A stretch of DNA of 64,000 bases from Ylistrum balloti (lineage: Eukaryota). The stretch is from positions 620,001 through 684,000 of the forward strand of contig NW_026781985.1 in NCBI RefSeq assembly GCF_031769215.1, read 5' to 3'. Position 1 is the first letter of the stretch; each line of letters starts with the position of its first letter. This document shows, piece by piece, positions 26,736-37,131 of this stretch. The notes below the pieces were generated by a model, which did no database searches, was not told where the DNA came from, and saw only the letters and a program-made list of their open reading frames with translations. A program made the translations under genes and the position numbers.

Positions 26736-28143
26736 GGTAATTCCACCACCTTCAACATGCTTGGGGAAGCAGTGTAAGATTTCTTCCAGTACTCCCGGTC
26801 TTCTGGCTCCACGCAGGCATTCATTAGAATAATGATCCTACAGTGCAACAGGACGGCAGGAGATTTAGGAGGATCTTGCCTAAATTTCTCCGAACTGGCC
26901 AGTCCATGAACTTGCACAGGGCTGTCATTGCGTTGGAGTGGGCGGCAATTATTTGGGTATTATCTGCCGTAGATATCATGTGCTGCATCCGAACAAAGGT
27001 GACCAAGTCATCCCAAGTTTCGGGCCGGGCCATAAGCCACGTTCGAACTTGTCGGAGATCCCTCCGTCGCAGCACCAACACTTCCTCACCATCCGGTGGA
27101 AGGTTCTCGACAAAGATGCCAGGAATGTGGTATCTGAATGCATGTGCCTAGACATACACACTGGGAGCCTTACATTCTGGTACCCAGTAGAGCTTTTCCA
27201 CATCCCTTCGCTGCTTCTTACAGTCACTGCCTTCAACAGCTCCCCCCTCAAGCTTTCTCCCGGATTCTATGGTTCGCTGTTAGGTTGAGCTTGATTCCCG
27301 GTCAGAAGCCCTGGAACCATCTGAATGGCGCTTAGAAAGCGATACCAATCTCTGTTCCTTCTTCCCGTGATGAGGAGGCTGAAGTTGTATCTCTATTCTC
27401 CTGGGTGCAAAACAAGAAGTCACCTTTCCCTTTGATCTGAGACCCGTGGTTGGATCATTTCTTGAAGTCTTTGGCCTCTCCTGGTTACTGGAGGGTTCAA
27501 CATTGGTACTAAAGGACACTCGATTAGAAGCCAAGTCCTCCTCTTCCCCAGTACCATGACCGTTCTCTGGCAAAGCCAACTCTCCTACCGAACCCAAGAG
27601 GGGACCGGTCTTCTCTCGCGATCCCTGCTATGGTGATTCCAATATAGAGGAGTCTGGATTGTCAACTTCCGTACTAGAATCTTGTATAGCCCGGTCGGTT
27701 AGCAAGACAACCTCATCAGATTTGGCAGGGCAAAAAGCCGCAGTGCCTAGTTCTTTTCTCTAAGGTTTTGTCCGTGATTAACCTGATGTTTTGTTTTTAA
27801 TCATCGTACCATGGGATACAGGTTCATAGCTTGTCCTTTGCTCAACTCTACGAGGCCTTGCGACGTGATGAATTTCACTGTCTATCCAATCTGCATCCAA
27901 AAGTTCAAAATCATGCAGACACCTGGCTACACAGACCAGCAAATTTTGGGTAGCCCGCCTCTTATTTCCTTTTCGGAGCATGTCTTTTGCTATGGTGACC
28001 ATCTGGCGCACCACCGACTTGAGCTGATAAGGATCGTTTAGATGAATCCCACTCTGGGTAACGAAGTCATTGGCTGGCTCAAATAAACAGTGTCGGGCTT
28101 CTAAGCCCTCCACCTTTTTCAGGAACATCCGCTTCCCTTCCAT
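26736..28143 (-). pseudogene. N-terminal part of the extra retrotransposon ORF: helical domain, S/E-rich linker, C2H2-like finger, conserved helical region leading into TatD
   Basis: ATG at 28143 after an acceptor-like ttctttgcag|. ORF pieces 27778-28143 (MEGKRMFLKK...), 27280-27597 (low complexity), WVPECKAPSVYV*AHAFRYHIP (~27120-27190), LRQVRTWL..., SPAVLLH; same strand and contiguous with TatD. Confidence 0.6.
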
Positions 28144-28184
28144 TCCTGCAAAGAACCAGAAAGGGTTTTGAGTCCTAGTGGCTA

Positions 28185-28310
28185 GTACCGCCACACCTTA
28201 CACACCTATACTTCATAGGTGGCAGAGATGTTTACATAGGAACCATGGTACCACTCATCACAAAAGTCACATTGAATTATGAAGCGGCCATTGCACGACT
28301 GCCGGCATTT
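28185..28310 (-). pseudogene. PHD-type zinc finger at integrase C-terminus (decayed)
   Basis: KCRQSCNGRFIIQCDFCDEWYHGSYVNIS...YRCVRC immediately after the integrase tail motif VTNHDRMMP. Confidence 0.75.
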
Positions 28311-28329
28311 TTATCCTCATGATCTCCTG

Positions 28330-29000
28330 CAATTTCGTCATCTGTGGATCTATTTTTAAAAACTGCGACCCAAGCCAGTATTTTCCTATCTCCTTGCGGG
28401 GCATCATCCTGTCATGGTTGGTGACAAATACTGAATTCCTAAGCTAGACACGATACAGATATGCAGACAACTTTTTTACCACCTGGTGGGCCTTTTTCAT
28501 ATTCTCTTGTAGTGTTGCCACATACTCTTGCGTAATCTCCGACCTCACTGATGGGTTAAGGAACATTAACTGAGCCAGTGTGGTTGCTTCTCCTCCCAAC
28601 ATTAACATATTGGGGTAAACCCAATCGACCGATTTACTGACGCTTTGAGAGCCCCGGCAATCTGCTGTAGATGCTCGTCTCACCTGTTTTGAGACTTGCT
28701 TAGAAAGCACCGCACCGCATCCATCAGTGTTCTATTGATCCTCTCTACCTGCCCATTGGACGAGGGTCGATCAGATGTTGTCCGAGATTTATGTATTTGA
28801 AGAGCCTGACAGAGAGCTTCAAACAGCTTGCTCTCAAAATTACGCCCTAGGTCCGAGAAAAGATGAAAAGGACATCAAAATCTCGAGAAGAATGGGCTGC
28901 AGATGGAATGTCAACTAGCTGGTACCACCAAGTTCAAATCACTAGTTTCCAGTTTCTTCTTGAACAGAACTCCATCTATCAGTACAAACAGTTCTTTGTT
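28330..29000 (-). pseudogene. Retroviral-type integrase, internally deleted
   Basis: LVVP jumps directly to FFSRF.CPFHLFSDLGRNFESKLFEALC...SSNGQVERINRTL, then PNMLMLGGE...EYVATLQENMKKAH. HHCC domain and first catalytic Asp region missing. Confidence 0.85.
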
Positions 29001-29388
29001 CGCCCTATAATACTTGGTTTCTAGTGAGGCCATGAACAATTCTTTGTTCCTCTTCCAGTTCCTTTCAACTGAATCCCCAGCAAGACGGTATGTTGGTTGT
29101 TGAAGGGCCTAGCTCTACTGGGCAAACCAACACCTTTGGATCATTGTGAACCAGCTCAACACGAAGACTTGACCCAGCATACCACACTATAGAGTCTAGA
29201 AGACCCTTCAACTTCCATCTCCCGAGTATTGCCATTTGCACCGACAGGCGAACTGTATCATCCACTGCCCTGGTGAACTCACCCCACTGTCGGTCAGCTC
29301 TCTCACAGTACTTACATCCCCCACATGGCAACTTGTCGGGTGTTATCCCGGCGATAAACGATGGACATGGCGTAAGCGTCTCCGGTAA

Positions 29389-30180
29389 ACGGGATAACGC
29401 ATCTGTGTTAACATGCTTTGCCCCTGCTCTGTGCTTTACTAGCATGTGGTATTGCGAGAGCTCCTCCATCCACCTTGCCAACTGACCTTGAGGGTCCTTG
29501 AACAGCAGCAAACAAGTTAAGCTTCAATGATCGGTCCGCACTGTGAACCTATTCCAAGCAGATAGTACTTAAACCGCCTTTTGAAGCGCACTATACTCAA
29601 CAGTTCTTTGCTGGTTGTGCAGTATTTCTTTTGCTCAGGCGTCAAAGAGAAACTGCTGTAAGCATGACTTTCTCCACGCCGTCTTGCACTTGGCTCAGCA
29701 CTCCACCAATAGCCAAATCTGATGCATCCGTGTCTAGAATGAATGGATCCTCTCCATTAGGTAATGCTAAAACCGATTGTTCTGTTAATACTGTCTTCAA
29801 CCTCTCAAATGACGTCTGTTGACTTGGTCCTCACTGGAACTTGTTCTTTCCAGTCAAGCCATAAAGAGGTTGAGCTACTTTGGCGAAGTCTTGGACGAAT
29901 GTCCGATGATAGTTAATAAACCCCAACAAGCGTTCCACATCCTTGGAACATACCTGAACTGGCCCGTTCTTGACTGTTTGGATGTCTTTATCTCCCATGG
30001 CAATCTTGTTAGAACTGACTATCCTTCATAGGAATTACAATTCCAGCTGGAAGAGGACACATTTCCGAGTCTTCAGTTTCATTCCAAATTCACAAAACCG
30101 GCCAAACGATTCTGAAAGATTCTGAAGATGGTCTTTGAATGTTGCTCCTCAGACCAGAATGTCGTCCAAAATATCAAACA
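29389..30180 (-). pseudogene. Reverse transcriptase (C-terminal half) and RNase H
   Basis: CLI(Y)LDDILV at ~30150-30180, LLGFINYHRTFVQDFAKVAQPLYGLT, FILDTDASDLAIGGVLSQ, KKYCTTSKELL, GQLARWMEEL, HVNTDALSR. Confidence 0.92.
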
Positions 30181-30257
30181 ATTATGATATTTTAACTAGA
30201 TGTAACAAAGTGCAAATAATGATGTTTTATAATTTGTCTTGATTTTAAATTAAATTT

Positions 30258-30305
30258 AATCACGGACTTATATACATGTGTATATGTGTATATAAGTCCG
30301 TGATT
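30258..30305. repeat. Perfect inverted repeat, 19 bp arms, 10 nt loop
   Basis: aatcacggacttatataca ... tgtatataagtccgtgatt. Confidence 0.9.
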
Positions 30306-31312
30306 TAATGTTGCGCCGCGTTTATTGTGCTGTTTGCGTGTGTATGTGCGCTGCGTATGGTCGCTAGGCTGTGTACCTGTATACGTGTATGTTCGTACCT
30401 GTCACTTGTCTAACCTGTTTACTTATTCTATGGTTCTATATATAGGTGTTACCTCGTTTTGGTATAGTGGTCAGTGTCTTTTGTTAGCTTTTGGCGCGGA
30501 TTTTATAGAGACATTTGTAGAGGAACTGCGCGGACGTGTTACACACAGTCCGGTTCTTCCTAATTTTTACTATTCTGTGAAGTCTTCCTGAAGATCATAT
30601 ATATGGTATGTACAACATTTAGTTGTCATATAATCTAATAATATATTTGGTTATTTTGAATTATTATTTATTATTGTGAATTTTGGAAAAAGTATGTCTT
30701 AATTGGAATTAGCGATAAGGATTGAAATTATTGGTAAAGATTATAAAGTTATTAGAATCATATTAGTATTGGCCAAAACGTTCATATTGTCTGCAAATGT
30801 TGTTCATACATGATCTGTATGTGTTGGTATGTATCTTTTACAGATAATCCATGTACGTAAATTAAGAAGTCTTTGTACAGAAGTTCTTCTGTGAAACCCC
30901 CGACCCATAGTTGGGGTAGGTACATGTGTATTTTACTGATTGTAGTCAATTATGAATATGATATATATATATTATAGTAACAATGTATAAGCATTTTCTA
31001 TTCTAAGATAAATATTTATGATAATAAAAGTATTCATTGTAAAGATAGATTATTATTCTTGTTTTTTGTTTGAATAGTTTTAGCATGATAACATATGAAA
31101 TATGTATTCACTGAGCACTTCATGTACATCATGTAAGGATTAGTATTATCTGTGATATCTGCTTAATTCTTTGTGTATTGTCTTTGTAGGTTTTTTTTTT
31201 AATTAAATGGAATAAAAATATGAAGCGTCGATCTGCGTCCTTCTTCTACACTCTATTTTACATAAGGTAAAATAACACTACAATAATTACACTAAAAACA
31301 ATTTAATGTCCA

Positions 31313-31830
31313 ACTTCTGCATATAAATCGCCTGATTCTGCCCGATTCTGTCCGATCCTGTAAATCGTCTTTCGGTCTTGCGCAACCAAATCAGATATGA
31401 GTGTTTTATGTAATACGTCTTCATTTTTCCTTAATTTTTTTTTTCACAATGTATAACATATGATGATATCAATGCAAAAGAAATTCATAAAAATCATTAA
31501 AACGGTACTATTCTAGTCCGATTCCTGCCCGGTCTTGCCCGATCCTTTAAATCGACTAACCGCTTCTTACCCGCACAAAACCGAATGACGATTTGCAGGA
31601 TCGGACGGAATCGGGCGGTTTATACGTCCCTGGTAGAATTTGGACATAGTGTTATTTTACCTTAGTTAAAATATCATAATTTCATATTGATCAAAAACGG
31701 CCAAAAAAGTATTATGTTCTTTTCAACGTAATGTGCCGCACTGGACCGAAAGACGATTTGCAGGATCGGGCGGTTTATATGTAGAATTCGTTTTGTTACC
31801 CCGATTCTGCCCGATTCTGTAAATCGTCGG
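31313..31830. mobile_element. Fold-back / MITE-like element with nested inverted modules
   Basis: Left ttctgcatataaatcgcc...cgatcctgtaaatcgtctttcggtc is the reverse complement of right gaccgaaagacgatttgcaggatcgggcggtttatatgtagaa (ends 31788). Further copies at ~31518, ~31585 and ~31797. Confidence 0.75.
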
Positions 31831-31863
31831 ACCCGGAACTGCAGGAAGCTAGGTAAAAGTTTA

Positions 31864-32210
31864 CTGAAGATTAATTCTCTGAAATCTAAATTCTGTGAAA
31901 TCTCTTATATTCTTTGTGATAAATTAGCTGACATTATATTCATTGCAGAAACCAAACTTGATAGCACGTATAACCAGAACAACCTCTATGAGACAGGTTA
32001 CAAATCTTTCAGGAAAGACAGGACATCACGAGGAGGAGGACTGATCGCCTACTCCAGAACCAATTTACCGGTAAGACGCAGAGATGAACTTGAACTTGAT
32101 CTGCCTATAGAATCCATTGTGCTAGATACTGTCATAAATAACAGTGTGGGCCGTTATAGGGGTATATCGGCCACCATCAATGGACAGTGAACTTTTTAGA
32201 AATCTTAGTA
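31864..32210 (+). mobile_element. LINE (CR1/L2-like) apurinic endonuclease fragment
   Basis: INSLKSKFCEI...IFIAETKLDS...FRKDRTSRGGGLIAY...IESIVL, frameshift to WAVIGVYRPPS. Confidence 0.8.
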
Positions 32211-33160
32211 CTTGTACCGTCCTGACAGCAGGATGACCGCTTTGCTTTCTTCGCACTTTCCTTGCACCGTTCCACCAGCGGGACTTTCTAACTTTTATAT
32301 TATGTATGTAGTTGGTTGTAAGCTGATACTTGTACTTGTCAGGGAAATGGGTTTGGCCTTATTTATGTAGAGTAGATCTGATAGAAGGAAGGTTGTATTT
32401 CCTGTGGTCATTCCCATACACATACCCCTGCTGAGTTAAGCAGTGAGAACACCTTTACAAGGGGGATGGTTTGATATATAAATGTTGATACCTTGCTATC
32501 CCAAGGCTTATCCTCAGTATTCTATGATAATACTATACATCTGTTATGTATTTCGGGGACAATCCAGAGGTTATTTCTTCAGGTCACACTAGTAATTAAA
32601 TTTTACTTAAGTTCTATTAGTTCTATCTGGCTTCAGTTAGAATTTTATAACATATCTATAGACCAGTTGACATTTTGCTATTACATACATGTTTATAGTG
32701 CTAAATTAAGGGTCCATATTGACCTGTCTGAGATTGTCCACCTTTAGGGATAATGAATATACTTGAGAGCCTCATGTTTATTCATTCACTGTAAATATCA
32801 TCATTGTTATTCATATTCAATTGTTGAACTCAAAATACTGCTTTTTGATGGTCATTTCGCTATATGCCATTGGCACTATGAACCTGAGGTAGTATGAGCG
32901 GACGTGATTGAGTGATTGAGTGTTGCCTGTTAACAATATTCAACTTAGAACATGATGCAAGTCGACGCAGCATCCTCTTGTGTTGAGGCCCTTAACCCTT
33001 CTACAATAGTAATACTGGGTCACATTATCATTCTGTCACAATATTGTATTATAACCCCCCCTCCCCCACCCCCCACCTCTGTAGTAGCAGGTAATAATAG
33101 TGATACATAATATTTCATATTACTAATATAATTCATTGATTTTGTTTATTGTATAACAGA

Positions 33161-33923
33161 ATGGAGTTGAGTAGATCTGCAGAGCCTCACCCTGAGGTAG
33201 ACAGTGATAGAAAATCTGGTGAAAATAATGAAGGGATATCCCAGTCCGAGCAAGTTGAATTCAGAACAGAAAGCATTCAAGTTGATGATGAAGAAATGAT
33301 ACCTAGAAATGGGGCAATATTTGACATTGACTTCAGAAACCGTGCTGAACCAGTTACAACAGAACCAGTTACAACTAAACCAGTTACAACAGAACCAGTT
33401 ACAACTGAACCAGTTACAACAGAACCAGTTACAACAGAACCAGTTACAACTAAACCAGTTACAACTAAACCAGTTACAACTAAACCAGTTACAACAGAAC
33501 CAGTTACAACAGAGAGTGTGGATGGTGGTCCAGTGGAGGATATGGATTCTTCTGGAAACAACTCCACAAACCCCCTCCCAAGAAGTGAATCTTCACCTAA
33601 CAATACCAGCAGCCTTTCACATCCTCATTTGAAAGCATCATTTAATAAAATTCATTGTGGAACATTGGCTGATAGCTTTAAACAGCGAGATAATACGGAC
33701 ATATACCTTGAGTATGATACATGTGAAATACAGCAATGTTCTGATGAAGATGCAACAGCCAATGGAGAAAGCCACCGGGATATTTTGATGAGGCAGCAAC
33801 AATGTAGCAGGCAGCAGAATGACCAAAATGTTGCCCACATAGGGAAAACTGAAGTAGACAACATCCAAGAACGGGAATGTTTTGGAAACAATACAACTCA
33901 ACCACCAGAAAACCAAATTGAAG
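33161..33923 (+). CDS. USP-like cysteine protease gene, coding exon 1 (acidic, disordered; 11x [E/K]PVTT repeat)
   Basis: Acceptor tataacag| at 33159, ATG 33161, donor GAAG|gtaact at 33924 (phase 1). An additional upstream exon is possible. Confidence 0.75.
33347..33511 (+). repeat. Coding 15 bp tandem repeat (11 copies)
   Basis: (g/a)aaccagttacaac(a/t) encoding EPVTT/KPVTT. Confidence 0.9.
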
Positions 33924-34109
33924 GTAACTTTGGTTTATATTGTCACAACATAAGTTTTGTAGCTTTGACAGCTTTTACAGTTAATTTTTTCAGTATCTGT
34001 ATGTATATGACAACTTTTTTAAGAATTTCACTGACCTCCATAGATATTCATAAAGGCCTGGTAAACTTGTGTTGATACTTAATTGATGGATGATTTCAAA
34101 TCTTTGCAG

Positions 34110-34261
34110 GTGTACCCTATGGAGGAAGGAAAGGACAAATGACATTATATAACACATGTAGTGGCGACCAATTTTTAAATGGTATACACCAAGTATCACG
34201 TTTCCCCCAATTAAAGCACCTTTTAATCGAGCTAGCAGAAAGATGCCCTGAATCCTATAGC
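34110..34261 (+). CDS. USP-like gene exon 2 (Cys box LYNTCSGDQFL)
   Basis: ttgcag| ... |gtaagt, 152 bp, phase 1 to 0, open frame. Confidence 0.85.
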
Positions 34262-34786
34262 GTAAGTTTTAACTTTTGATAATTGTAATAACAGTTCTTA
34301 TAAGTGAATTAACTTAGGATAGCTTTGGTCTCTTTCTGTCTGTCTGTCATAAGATAGTTTTCCTTTTTTGATTTTGGGACTGATCATTAAAACAACATGG
34401 TTGGCAGGCAGCCATCTTGGATTTTGGCAATGAATGATTGTTATTGCTGTTTTTGATCTTGATAATGCAAGTTTGTTGACATTCTTTCTCAAGTTTCCTT
34501 GTAGGTGCCTCTCGATCCCTATATAATGGTGCTCTTTGAATTTTGAAAGTTATCTGAGAAACAAAATGAAAATGTGACCTTCTTGAATTTTTAAAAAGTT
34601 TTTGTTATTAGTACTTCATGAGAGGAAATGTATCTTTCTTAAATTTTTTACTCTGGTACCTGACTTAGTTCTGCATCCCACAATTCCATAAAAACAAAAT
34701 GGCTGGGATCATTTCTATTTTGATAACAATAATTGATATAATTACGTAAATGTAGCAGATTTGGTAATCATATATCGCATTTACAG

Positions 34787-35007
34787 CATCTGTTGCAGGC
34801 ATTGCTTATGTGTGAGAAAAGGCAATTTACAGATGCTAAATGTTGTCTAGTGCCAGGAACTCCTGACATGTTGAATACAGAAGGTAGAACGGTGATGCCA
34901 TCTATTGAAGCACAACTGCGGCATTGGCTGACAACACGTTGCAGAAAATGTCAGTATAGTTTTCAGGGAATTAAACGTGTGGACATCGACTTGAAACAAT
35001 TTAATAA
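34787..35007 (+). CDS. USP-like gene exon 3 (CRKC)
   Basis: ttacag| ... |gtaagt, 221 bp, phase 0 to 2; alternative in-frame acceptor 12 nt downstream. Confidence 0.85.
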
Positions 35008-35282
35008 GTAAGTTTACTTTCTTTAAAAGTTAGTGTTTCTGATACCTACTACATCATTCAGTGAGATAAAGTATTTAAAATATCTGGTTGGCCTGGATGT
35101 TGAGTGTGTGAATTTTTACAATGGATTTTCAGATCATGTATAAAATATAAGTGTAATGTTTGGATAAAGTAATTTTGGTAAACCAAACAAGATCAGTGAT
35201 ACAGGTCCTGTGAATCTCTTGTTATCAAATGCATTGCTTTAAGCAATTTTTATGATCGAATTATTAATATAATCATTTACAG

Positions 35283-35351
35283 GTTCAGGAGCTTTCAAGG
35301 AACTTTAAGTGACTTTTTTTCATCTAGAAGTCAGACTTGCAGCCAGAAAGG
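35283..35351 (+). CDS. USP-like gene exon 4
   Basis: tttacag| ... GG|gtatgt, 69 bp, phase 2 to 2; FRSFQGTLSDFFSSRSQTCSQKG. Confidence 0.75.
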
Positions 35352-35735
35352 GTATGTACCACATCGTCAAAATCTTAGTCTCATGCACAACTTGTCGAGT
35401 GCACATACATCTTATACTCAGACCGTCTTGTTACGCCACTGCTTAGTAAAGATTTTATATCATGCTTCTGTCTGGGTGGACGAAAAAATATTTGGCAGAA
35501 TAAAAAAAATAATTGAAGCATACTGTCTGGACATCGATTCTGGACCGTTACTTATGTGTATCACATGCACTATTGACCTGTGTGACCTCGCACCCTGATA
35601 ATTTAGGTTGATGCAACATGACCCAAAGACAACAAACAATAGAACATACACGTACCTTCTTCTGTAATGTTCTTTATGTTTTGTTTGATCATGAATCTGT
35701 TTAGTAATCTGACTTTAATTATTGTTTTGATATAG

Positions 35736-35882
35736 ATGTGACGGTAAAACAATGACCCAGACAGAATTTGAATCCGGAGTTGCACCACTCATTCTTCCAA
35801 TTAATTTATACTTTAATCGTGATCTCATACCCAACAGTCAAAGCATTGATGTTAATGAGGTTCTGGAACTCTTTGGTAAAAG
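35736..35882 (+). CDS. USP-like gene exon 5
   Basis: gatatag| ... AG|gtttgt, 147 bp, phase 2 to 2; CDGKT...APLILPINL...EVLELFGKR. Confidence 0.8.
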
Positions 35883-36211
35883 GTTTGTATTGGTTTGCTA
35901 CTCACTTAAGTGTTACGATACAAAAATTCAGGGGTCACTCTTCGTAGTTCTCAAATAAAACGTACAGGCATACAGTAAAAAAAATTCCAGTCTTCCAGGG
36001 CTGTGCAATTCCTGTTAAGATTCATGATTCTGAACGTACTACAAAGTGAAGAGGTCATAGAACATTAAAAATTTTTAAAAGGCCACACAACATTTGAGAA
36101 AATTTGATTAATCTGATTATGAAAGCAGACTCAAGAAATCATGAGAATTAGAGAAATGTTGATTGTGTTATGGTGTTTTCTTTTTTAGTAATTTTTTTTT
36201 TATTATTATAG

Positions 36212-36506
36212 GTACTTCATGTTCTTGTTTACCTTTGTTCGACCTCCGGATGGACAGGGCAACCTGGGACATTATATGTCCCGAGTCTACCGTCCAGATA
36301 CCTCAGGTGAGAAAGATAGCCAAGGGAGACCAGTTGGACGCTGGTACTTTTATCCGAATAATGAGAGTGGATATATGATTCCCTGGACAGAAAACCAAAT
36401 GGATCCAGAAGGGACACAATCAAGTTATGTGTATTTTATTCAGATCCCTTCTTCTGAAGCACCTTCTAAAGGACATGACAGTCCACAAAATGAGGGTCAG
36501 CTATAG
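36212..36506 (+). CDS. USP-like gene terminal exon (His box GHYMSRV...RWYFYPNN)
   Basis: Long T-rich acceptor ...tattatag|, phase 2, stop TAG 36504-36506; AATAAA at 37302. Confidence 0.85.
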
Positions 36507-36591
36507 ACTGTACAATGTTGGTCAATTGTGATCTTTAAAGAAAAGACTGAGTTTGTGTCACCTTACCATAGTCTGTTATAGCTTTTTTTGA

Positions 36592-37131
36592 ATCACTGAA
36601 GAGTGTCGAGCTCTGAGATCCCTGAACCGTCACTCTTATATCACTGAAGAGTGTCGAGCTCTGAGATCCCTGAACCGTCACTCTTATATCACTGAAGAGT
36701 GTCGAGCTCTGAGATCCCTGAACCGTCACTCTTATATCACTGAAGAGTGTCGAGCTCTGAGATCCCTGAACCGTCACTCTTATATCACTGAAGAGTGTCG
36801 AGCTCTGAGATCCCTGAACCGTCACTCTTATATCACTGAAGAGTGTCGAGCTCTGAGATCCCTGAACCGTCACTCTTATATCACTGAAGAGTGTCGAGCT
36901 CTGAGATCCCTGAACCGTCACTCTTATATCACTGAAGAGTGTCGAGCTCTGAGATCCCTGAACCGTCACTCTTATATCACTGAAGAGTGTCGAGCTCTGA
37001 GATCCCTGAACCGTCACTCTTATATCACTGAAGAGTGTCGAGCTCTGAGATCCCTGAACCGTCACTCTTATATCACTGAAGAGTGTCGAGCTCTGAGATC
37101 CCTGAACCGTCACTCTTACATCACTGAAGAG
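36592..37131. repeat. 48 bp minisatellite, 11 essentially identical copies
   Basis: atcactgaagagtgtcgagctctgagatccctgaaccgtcactcttat. Confidence 0.97.

Larger units (their letters stand above)
25451..30180 (-). mobile_element. Decayed, 5'-truncated Ty3/Gypsy LTR retrotransposon carrying an extra ORF with a TatD DNase domain
   Basis: Domain order on minus strand: RT, RNase H, integrase, PHD, extra ORF, TatD, PPT, TG-starting LTR. Many stops and frameshifts. Gag, protease and 5' LTR absent. Lower boundary uncertain. Confidence 0.85.

Noticed and set aside
30690-31030. Possible 3' end of an L1/Tx1-type LINE (NHI..LAK.FI..CK-like)
   Set aside because: Too decayed; only one weak motif that needs frameshifts.
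32300-32760. Possible second endonuclease relic on the minus strand
   Set aside because: Only vague motif resemblance with many stops.
35383-35598. 71-aa ORF continuing past exon 4 of the protease-like gene
   Set aside because: A donor at 35352 and a phase-matched exon at 35736 give the motif-complete protein, so this ORF is intronic.
36535-37131. CRISPR-like regular repeats and a 192-aa ORF
   Set aside because: Units are contiguous with no unique spacers, the genome is eukaryotic and there are no cas genes. The same applies to all other arrays in the window.
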